Part shown: positions 7,590 to 14,341 of the stretch, piece by piece
Layout of the letters: each line of letters starts with the position of its first letter
Numbering within the stretch: position 1 is the stretch's first letter
NCBI GenBank assembly: GCA_964388035.1
Contig: CAYLZE010000026.1
Span: 33,223 to 50,938 of the forward strand
Source of the DNA: an uncultured archaeon
GTDB taxonomy: Archaea > Asgardarchaeota > Lokiarchaeia > Sigyniarchaeales > SOKP01
Direction: 5' to 3'
Length of the DNA: 17,716 nt
Translations under genes and position numbers: made by a program
Notes under the pieces: model-generated
Told to the model about the DNA's origin: nothing
What the model saw: the letters and a program-made list of their open reading frames with translations, nothing else
The model's database searches: none

Positions 7590-8936
7590 ATGAAGGTTAT
7601 AATCGTTGGAAACGGCGTTGCGGGGACTTTTTCTGCACAAAATATAAGAAGTCTCGATAAAGATGTATCCATTCAAATTTTCACGGAAGAAAAATATCCA
7701 TATTACACAAGGGTTAAGCTACCAGAACTTATCTCTGGAAGAGCGACTATTGAGGATTTAATCGTTTATGATGAGGAATGGCATGAAAAAAACCATATTA
7801 AACTCAATTTAAATACAAAAATAAGAAAAATTGATACTAATGCTAACCAAATCTATTTAAATGAGAATAATGAACCTCTTTCCTATGATAAATTGATTCT
7901 TGCTACTGGAGGTTTTCCAAGTATTCCTCCATTAAAAAACGCTAAAGAATTAATCGGGAAGGGGGTGTTTACTTTAAGAAACATTGATGATGCATTAGAG
8001 ATTAAAAAATTTATTCAAGAAAAAGGTGTAAAAAAAGTAGTTGTGATTGGAGGTGGCTTACTAGGACTAGAATTATCTCGACAAATCAGAAATTGTGATT
8101 TGGATACTACCGTCGTAGAATTTTTTCCAAGATTATTACCAAAGCAATTAGATAAAGATTGCGGCTCGTTTTTAAAAGGAGATATTGAAAAAATGGGTAT
8201 ACATGTGATCTTAGATGCGCATACACAAGAAATTTTAGGGGACAAATATGCTAAAGGAATCGCAATAAAAGATAAACCCGACGTAGAAGCAGATATGGTA
8301 TTAATCCAAGCAGGAGTAACGCCCAATATAGATTTAGCAAAAGAAGCTAATATAGAAACAAATAAAGGAATTATCGTTAATAACTATTTAGAAACAAGTG
8401 CAGTTGACGTGTTTGCCGTTGGTGATTGTATTGAATATGAGAAACAGACCTGGGGAATTATTCCGGCTTGTATAGAGCAGTCAAAAGTTATTGGGGCCTC
8501 AATATTAGGAAAAGAAGAAAAGAAATATACCGGAACTGTCCCTAAAAACACGCTTAAGATTGTTGGGATTGATCTAACTTCGATAGGTGTTTTTGATCCC
8601 GAGGATAAAGATTTGGTAGGTGCGGGATGGCAAATATTAAAAAATATTGATAAGAAAAGCAATTGTTATAAAAAAATTGTTCTTAAAGACCATAAATTAA
8701 AAGGGGCGATATTATTTGGGGAGAAAAAAGGCATCCCCTATATCAATAAGCATATTGAATCAGAAGTGAATGAGGAAGAACTAAGAGAAGCAATAGAAAT
8801 GTTCATATGGAAATGTGAGAATTGTGGATACATTTACGATGAAGCCGAACAAGAAATTCCATTTAAAAGTTTACCAGGAGATTGGAAATGTCCTGATTGT
8901 AATGGACCTAAAGAAAATTTTAAAAAGACAGCATGA
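7590..8936 (+). CDS. NAD(P)H:rubredoxin oxidoreductase-like flavoprotein with a fused C-terminal rubredoxin domain
   Basis: GNGVAG, LILATG, GGGLLGLE and VFAVGD motifs; C-terminal WKCENCGYIYD...LPGDWKCPDC from about 8799. Confidence 0.9.
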   Translation: MKVIIVGNGVAGTFSAQNIRSLDKDVSIQIFTEEKYPYYTRVKLPELISGRATIEDLIVYDEEWHEKNHIKLNLNTKIRKIDTNANQIYLNENNEPLSYDKLILATGGFPSIPPLKNAKELIGKGVFTLRNIDDALEIKKFIQEKGVKKVVVIGGGLLGLELSRQIRNCDLDTTVVEFFPRLLPKQLDKDCGSFLKGDIEKMGIHVILDAHTQEILGDKYAKGIAIKDKPDVEADMVLIQAGVTPNIDLAKEANIETNKGIIVNNYLETSAVDVFAVGDCIEYEKQTWGIIPACIEQSKVIGASILGKEEKKYTGTVPKNTLKIVGIDLTSIGVFDPEDKDLVGAGWQILKNIDKKSNCYKKIVLKDHKLKGAILFGEKKGIPYINKHIESEVNEEELREAIEMFIWKCENCGYIYDEAEQEIPFKSLPGDWKCPDCNGPKENFKKTA

Positions 8937-8996
8937 TTATAAACACCTCTAAATCTCTAAATAAATCGAAAACTAAATTAAAATGAGAGAAATAAA

Positions 8997-9134
8997 ATGA
9001 TTTTCCGATGCAGAAAATGCAATTATTTATATATAGATGAAGAACATGAGATTCCCCTTCATGAAGTTAAAAAAGATTTTTGCCGTCCCCGATGCCGATG
9101 TTCAAAGAAAATGTTCATAGAGAAATTTATTTAA
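8997..9134 (+). CDS. Divergent basic rubredoxin-like protein (45 aa), not in the ORF track
   Basis: MIFRCRKCNYLYIDEEHEIPLHEVKKDFCRPRCRCSKKMFIEKFI aligns without gaps to the downstream rubredoxin. Confidence 0.7.
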   Translation: MIFRCRKCNYLYIDEEHEIPLHEVKKDFCRPRCRCSKKMFIEKFI

Positions 9135-9268
9135 GACCATGAGATTGCTCTTTCTGATGATGAAACGTGAAGAATAGGTATTTTTATAAATTATTAAATT
9201 AATCTTTTTATAAATATATTAATTTGGTACTTTAAAATACATATTTCAATAGAGGTTTGAGAAAAGTA

Positions 9269-9403
9269 ATGAAATGGGAATGCACTGCTTGTGGATATAT
9301 TTATGATGAAGAAGTAGAAGGAACTAAGTTTGAAGATTTACCAGATGATTGGACTTGTCCTGTATGTGGTGTTGGAAAAGATATGTTTGAAAAAATTGAA
9401 TAA
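9269..9403 (+). CDS. rub: Rubredoxin (short-chain, 44 aa), not in the ORF track
   Basis: [44 protein letters not shown] with canonical CxxCGYxY and LPDDWxCPxCG; GAGGT SD upstream. Confidence 0.96.
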   Translation: MKWECTACGYIYDEEVEGTKFEDLPDDWTCPVCGVGKDMFEKIE

Positions 9404-9409
9404 TAGAAA

Positions 9410-9450
9410 TCCTTTTTATATCCGTTTTTTTTTCCCTTATTTATTTTTTT
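9410..9450 (+). terminator. Oligo-T archaeal-type terminator after the rubredoxin gene
   Basis: Several T-runs (T5, T9, T7) directly after the stop codon. Confidence 0.45.
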
Positions 9451-9579
9451 ACTTAAAATTTGTCTCTTTTTGAGAATCATAAAAATATATGTAGATTCCT
9501 TTAAAAATTTAAATAAAAACATTTATTTATTAATTAAAATATATAAATAAATTATATAAAATACTGGGGTAAAAGTTGC

Positions 9580-9915
9580 ATGGCAATTGATGGAAATTTT
9601 ATTTTAAATTTAATATGCTCTCTTGGAGGCATTGTGTTTTTTATATACAGTCTTATAATTATTAGAAACATTAAAGCCCTATTTCCGGGAGCAAATCTCA
9701 TAAAAAAGTGGCTGATAATTCAAGTTTTGATACTGCTATTTCTTGTAGGATATGTATGCAATATTATTTTTTTAGCCCTTGATATATTTGAAATCGTGAC
9801 AATAATGACAGCTATCGTCTACTTCTTTGGTGGGTTATTCGTTTTGATTGTAATAAATTTGAGTTATAAGACCTATAAATTAATTGTCCTTGATTCGGAA
9901 ACAACAGAAAAATAA
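9580..9915 (+). CDS. Small membrane protein with three predicted TM helices
   Basis: Three hydrophobic stretches of about 20 aa in 111 aa; 17 nt upstream of the longin gene. Confidence 0.8.
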   Translation: MAIDGNFILNLICSLGGIVFFIYSLIIIRNIKALFPGANLIKKWLIIQVLILLFLVGYVCNIIFLALDIFEIVTIMTAIVYFFGGLFVLIVINLSYKTYKLIVLDSETTEK

Positions 9916-9932
9916 GAGTTAAAGTAATTATT

Positions 9933-10331
9933 ATGTCCTCCATAATTAAAGAGCTCTGGGTATTCTCGGGAGATGGAAGTCCTATCGTTGATTTTTGTGA
10001 AGAAAAAAAAATAGATGAAAATTTCATTGGAGGATTTATAACAGCGATTAAAGCATTTAGTACGGAATTAACGGGGAAAGATTTAAAAAGTTTTACTATT
10101 GAAAATAATAAATTTACCTGTACATCTGCACTTGAAGGAAATGTTATCCTCGCGTGCCGCTGCGCCTCATCTACCAATGATAAAACCATCCAAAAATTAT
10201 GTACGATTCTCGTACAAATATTTAACGAACTTTATAAACCTAGTGATATTAAGAATTGGAATGGAAATTCGGCATATTTCGACAAGTATAAAAAAAGAAT
10301 CGATCTTTATTTTAAATTGGGAAATTTATAA
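9933..10331 (+). CDS. Longin-domain-like protein (Asgard-type)
   Basis: Pattern ELWVFSGDGSPIV (beta1-beta2), DENFIGGFITAIKAFSTEL (alpha1), LKSFTIENNKF, and C-terminal helices with WNGN..YF, as in longin/roadblock-like proteins of Asgard archaea. Confidence 0.72.
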   Translation: MSSIIKELWVFSGDGSPIVDFCEEKKIDENFIGGFITAIKAFSTELTGKDLKSFTIENNKFTCTSALEGNVILACRCASSTNDKTIQKLCTILVQIFNELYKPSDIKNWNGNSAYFDKYKKRIDLYFKLGNL

Positions 10332-10538
10332 TTACTTCAAAATTTAAATCTACTCGTTTTTTAAATAATATTATTCTCAAAACCCATAATTAGTTAGGTA
10401 ATTAGAGGATAAAATTTTAATTAATATTTGATAGAAATCAACTTTATAACGGGGTTCAAAATAATAATTAATAGCATAATTCATGAAATAACTCTTAAAA
10501 GGTGAATGTAAATAACTCTCTTTGAAATAATAAAAGAT

Positions 10539-11720
10539 GTGCTTTTTGTTGGATATGTTGATTGGGAAGTCAGAAACTTCCATGGTTATTCTACTCATCG
10601 AGGTTCCTCGTATAATGCATATATTGTCAAGACTGGGCAAAAAACAGTATTAATTGATACGGTAAAACGTCCATATTTTGATTATTACCTGCAAAATATA
10701 AGAGAAGTCGTCGATCCCGCTGAAATTGATTATTTGATTATTAACCATGTTGAACCGGATCATTCGGGGGCATTCCCCGAGATCTTGAAATATTTATCTA
10801 AAGCTGAAGTAATCGCATCAGAAAAGGGTGTGGAAAATCTTAAATTGCATTATCATAAAGAAATTAAGGATGAAATATTCGATAAAATTAGAAAGGTTAA
10901 GCAAGGGGATACTTTGGATATAGGAGATGGCAAATCCTTTACTTTTGTTCCTATCCCCATGATTCATTGGCCCGATTCCATGGTCTCCTTTATGAGCGAT
11001 GCAAAAGGAAAAAATATTTTGTTTTCAAATGATGCATTTGGTCAACATTATGCGACTTCAAAAATATGGGATGATGAAAATGACCTTTCGATTGTAATGG
11101 CTGAAGCAGAGAAGTATTATGCAAATATTTTATTGCATTTATCTCGATTAATTGCTAAAGTATTACCTGCTGTTGGGGCTTTACCTATTGATGTGATATG
11201 TCCCTCGCACGGGATATGCTGGAAAACCCACCTTACAACCATTTTAGATGCTTATAAGAAATGGTCAGCAGGAGAAATTGAGGAAAAAAGCGTATTAATC
11301 GTATATGATACCATGTGGGGTAGCACGGAAAAAATAGCCATTCATCTCTATCAGGGATTTAAAGATCGCGGTATAAAAGTTAAGAGATTCTGCTTGACTC
11401 ATGCGGATTATAGCGATGTAATCACTGAAGCAATGAAAGCAAAAGCAATCCTCATTGGAAGTCCCACTTTAAATAATGGTATGTTCCCTACCGTGGCAGA
11501 ATATGTCTGTTATCAAAAAGGTCTAAAACCAATGAATAAAATTGGATTAGCTTTTGGCTCTCACGGCTGGGCGGGAGGCGCAGTTCGAGAAATAACGAGA
11601 GAAATGCAAGGTGCAGGAATTGACATGATGGAGGATACAATTGAAATTCAATTTGTACCCACTGCAGAACAGCTTAATTTTGATGAGATTATTGATAAAG
11701 TTATAAAAAAAATGGAGTAA
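10539..11720 (+). CDS. fprA: Flavodiiron protein (A-type flavoprotein, O2/NO reductase); true start may be 10512
   Basis: Diiron ligands NHVEPDHSG, HWPD, FSNDAFGQH and PSHG; flavodoxin motifs YDTMWGSTE, GSPTLN and FGSHGWAGGA. Confidence 0.96.
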   Translation: MLFVGYVDWEVRNFHGYSTHRGSSYNAYIVKTGQKTVLIDTVKRPYFDYYLQNIREVVDPAEIDYLIINHVEPDHSGAFPEILKYLSKAEVIASEKGVENLKLHYHKEIKDEIFDKIRKVKQGDTLDIGDGKSFTFVPIPMIHWPDSMVSFMSDAKGKNILFSNDAFGQHYATSKIWDDENDLSIVMAEAEKYYANILLHLSRLIAKVLPAVGALPIDVICPSHGICWKTHLTTILDAYKKWSAGEIEEKSVLIVYDTMWGSTEKIAIHLYQGFKDRGIKVKRFCLTHADYSDVITEAMKAKAILIGSPTLNNGMFPTVAEYVCYQKGLKPMNKIGLAFGSHGWAGGAVREITREMQGAGIDMMEDTIEIQFVPTAEQLNFDEIIDKVIKKME

Positions 11721-11737
11721 AATTAGAGGTTTAAATC

Positions 11738-12919
11738 ATGGAATTTAAATTAAATGAAGAACAAATTGCTTTGAAACAAAAAGCCAGGGATTTTGCCATA
11801 AAAGAAGTATTGCCCGTGGCAAAAAAATATGATGAATCTGAAGAATTTCCTTTAGAAGTTATTAAAAAAGCGCATGAACAGAGATTATTGAATCTAGCTA
11901 TTCCAAGCAAGTATGGGGGATTAGGGCGAGGTTTATTAGATTCCTGTTTGGTTGTAGAAGAAATGTCTTCTGCATGTCCCGGTATCGCTACCTCCATTTT
12001 TGATAATAATTTAGGAGCAGAACCTATTATTATCGGGGGCAATGAGGAACAAAAACAGAGAATTCTTTCTGATTTAGTAAAGGAATTTAAATTAATTGCT
12101 TTTGCAACCTCAGAACCAACGATGGGATCGGATGTTGCTGGGATGAAATGCAAGGCAGAAACAGATGGTGATGACTACATCCTTAACGGAACTAAATTCT
12201 GGATAACTAATGGAGGATATGCGGATTATATAACCGTTTTTGCCACCATTAATCCCGAATTAAAACATAAAGGAATATGTACCTTTATCGTTCCTACTGA
12301 TTCGGAAGGCGTAACATTAGGGAAACAGATTCCCAAATTGGGTCAAAGAGCATCTAACACCGTCTCTGTTGTACTAAAAAACGTAAGAATAAAGAAAGAA
12401 AACGTTTTAGCAAAGCCAGGAAGGGGATTCGTTTTAGCCATGCAAACTTTCGCCCATACTCGACCTGCTATAGGTGCATTTGCTGTAGGATGCGCGCGTT
12501 CCGCGATGGAATATTCAATAGATTATGCCAAGAAAAGGAATGTCTTTGATCACTCCATCGATCATTATCAAGCAATACAATTTAAAATTGCAGATATGTT
12601 TAAAGATATTGAAGCTGCCAGATTATTAACTTATAAAGCAGCTTGGGAAGCAGATCAAGGATTAGACAATAATCTCAGCTCTTCAATTGCCAAAGCCTTT
12701 GCCTCGGATGTTGTAATGAAAGTGACCACTGAAGCAATTCAAATATTTGGTGGTTATGGATATTTAAGAACATATCCCGTTGAAAAGTTATTTAGAGATG
12801 CAAAATTATATCAAATTTATGAAGGAACTTCTGAAATTCAAAGAATCGTCATCTCACGTTTTGCTATGAAAACTTATGAACATGCCATGCCAAGTTTGTT
12901 TAAACGCGATAGAAAGTAG
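11738..12919 (+). CDS. Acyl-CoA dehydrogenase (short/medium-chain type)
   Basis: [54 protein letters not shown] (catalytic Glu in YEGT); GAGGT SD; 17 nt after fprA. Confidence 0.96.
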   Translation: MEFKLNEEQIALKQKARDFAIKEVLPVAKKYDESEEFPLEVIKKAHEQRLLNLAIPSKYGGLGRGLLDSCLVVEEMSSACPGIATSIFDNNLGAEPIIIGGNEEQKQRILSDLVKEFKLIAFATSEPTMGSDVAGMKCKAETDGDDYILNGTKFWITNGGYADYITVFATINPELKHKGICTFIVPTDSEGVTLGKQIPKLGQRASNTVSVVLKNVRIKKENVLAKPGRGFVLAMQTFAHTRPAIGAFAVGCARSAMEYSIDYAKKRNVFDHSIDHYQAIQFKIADMFKDIEAARLLTYKAAWEADQGLDNNLSSSIAKAFASDVVMKVTTEAIQIFGGYGYLRTYPVEKLFRDAKLYQIYEGTSEIQRIVISRFAMKTYEHAMPSLFKRDRK

Positions 12920-12959
12920 CAAAATTAATATTAATTTCTTTTAATACCTTTTTTTCTCT

Positions 12960-13412
12960 TTATTGTCCTAACCTTTTAAAATATTCTTCTCTACGGAATT
13001 TTCTATGACATAAATTATCACAGAAAATAGGAGATTCAGAATTTAACCAAATTTTTTTCAATTCTTCTATTTTTAAATCTTTATTCACTTTGCTAAAGGT
13101 GAAGAGGTCCATGACTTTATTACAGTATTGGCAATAACGATATTTTAGCTGATCCGCAACACTTCTAAGTTCTCCCCATTTCAAATCTTTAAAGCATTCA
13201 CAACAATGAAATTCCAATAATGTATGCTGCCATAATTTGATTATATAATCTACACTAAACTCGGTGTTATCACTAAGAAAATCGTATATATTCAAATCTT
13301 TTCCACATTTCCAGCAAGTTCTTTTTCGGAAATTTGTTTCCTTTTGAATCCTTTCCCGTAATTTTGTAATTTTTTTCCACAAAACTTCATTATTTATCTT
13401 TTTGGGAAACAA
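12960..13412 (-). CDS. Hypothetical Cys-rich protein with two tandem zinc-finger-like repeats
   Basis: CWKC...CCEC and CQYC...CDNLC; TTG start with GTGGT upstream. Confidence 0.78.
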   Translation of the reverse strand: MFPKKINNEVLWKKITKLRERIQKETNFRKRTCWKCGKDLNIYDFLSDNTEFSVDYIIKLWQHTLLEFHCCECFKDLKWGELRSVADQLKYRYCQYCNKVMDLFTFSKVNKDLKIEELKKIWLNSESPIFCDNLCHRKFRREEYFKRLGQ

Positions 13413-13433
13413 GAATTATCGAACCACTTTTTT

Positions 13434-13459
13434 TAACCCGGTTATTATTAACTTAGTTA
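13434..13459. promoter_or_regulatory. Two tandem TAAC-N3-GTTA palindromes, candidate operator
   Basis: TAACCCGGTTA (13434-13444) and TAACTTAGTTA (13449-13459) just upstream of the 13412 start. Confidence 0.4.
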
Positions 13460-13532
13460 TATTAATAGCTTCTTAAATATAAAATAGTTATCAAAATTAG
13501 CTCCTTCCTTTTTATGTACAGTTCTTAAGTAA

Positions 13533-14090
13533 TTAAGAAATTTCTCGATCGAAGGCTATTATTTTTTGAGCTGCAGTCAGAAAATTTGGCGCAACTATCG
13601 TTGGTATTACTATCTTTTTCTCGATATCCGCGTAATGCTCCATTCCGTGACCCGTTAACAAGTAAACGGTCCTACATCCCCCATTAATCCCTAGCACTAT
13701 ATCTGAAGGATGATCCCCCATTACCCAGGAGCTTTGTAAATCAATTTCATAGTTTAAACATGCCTCTTCCAACGCCTTTGTTTTTGGTTTCCTGCAATCG
13801 CAATCTTCTTCCGGACCATGCGGACACACATAAGTTTTCTCTATGGTTATATTGAAAGAATGAAGCACTTCTACCAGATGGTCATTAAATGCCAAGAAAT
13901 CTTCGAAAGTGTAATACCCTCGCCCTATTCCAGATTGATTTGTTACGATGAAAAATAGAAACTCCTGCTTAAGTAAGCTTAATCCTTCAATTACACCCGG
14001 CAATAATTTAAAGTCTTCTAATTGATGAACATATCCCTTATCTTCATTTAAAGTTCCATCTCTATCTAAAAAAATGGCTTTCTTTTTCAT
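13533..14090 (-). CDS. gmhB: HAD-IIIA phosphatase, D,D-heptose 1,7-bisphosphate phosphatase / histidinol-phosphatase family
   Basis: FLDRDGTLN, VTNQSGIGRG, CPH...CDCRKP zinc loop, MGD...D. Confidence 0.88.
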   Translation of the reverse strand: MKKKAIFLDRDGTLNEDKGYVHQLEDFKLLPGVIEGLSLLKQEFLFFIVTNQSGIGRGYYTFEDFLAFNDHLVEVLHSFNITIEKTYVCPHGPEEDCDCRKPKTKALEEACLNYEIDLQSSWVMGDHPSDIVLGINGGCRTVYLLTGHGMEHYADIEKKIVIPTIVAPNFLTAAQKIIAFDREIS

Positions 14091-14341
14091 GATAATCTAG
14101 CCTTTATTTAAATGAGTTAGAATGCTCTTCAAGACACTAAATGATCGACCTAAGATAAAAAAATCCATGCAAGATATAGCTTTTCTAAAGTCATTTTTCC
14201 TTACCTTCCATGTCAATTCTTTAAACTTTTGAAGAAAAAAGATAAGCACTATGAGGAATTATATGTCCACATAAAAAAGTGTAAAATTCCATGGATTCGA
14301 CGGGTTTTTAAAGAAAATAACGGGTAAATTATAAAAAAAAA

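Noticed and set aside
9154-9166. CTGATGA-T-GAAAC resembling a hammerhead ribozyme core or SECIS/K-turn
   Set aside because: There is no stem II between CUGAUGA and GAAA and no convincing flanking helices.
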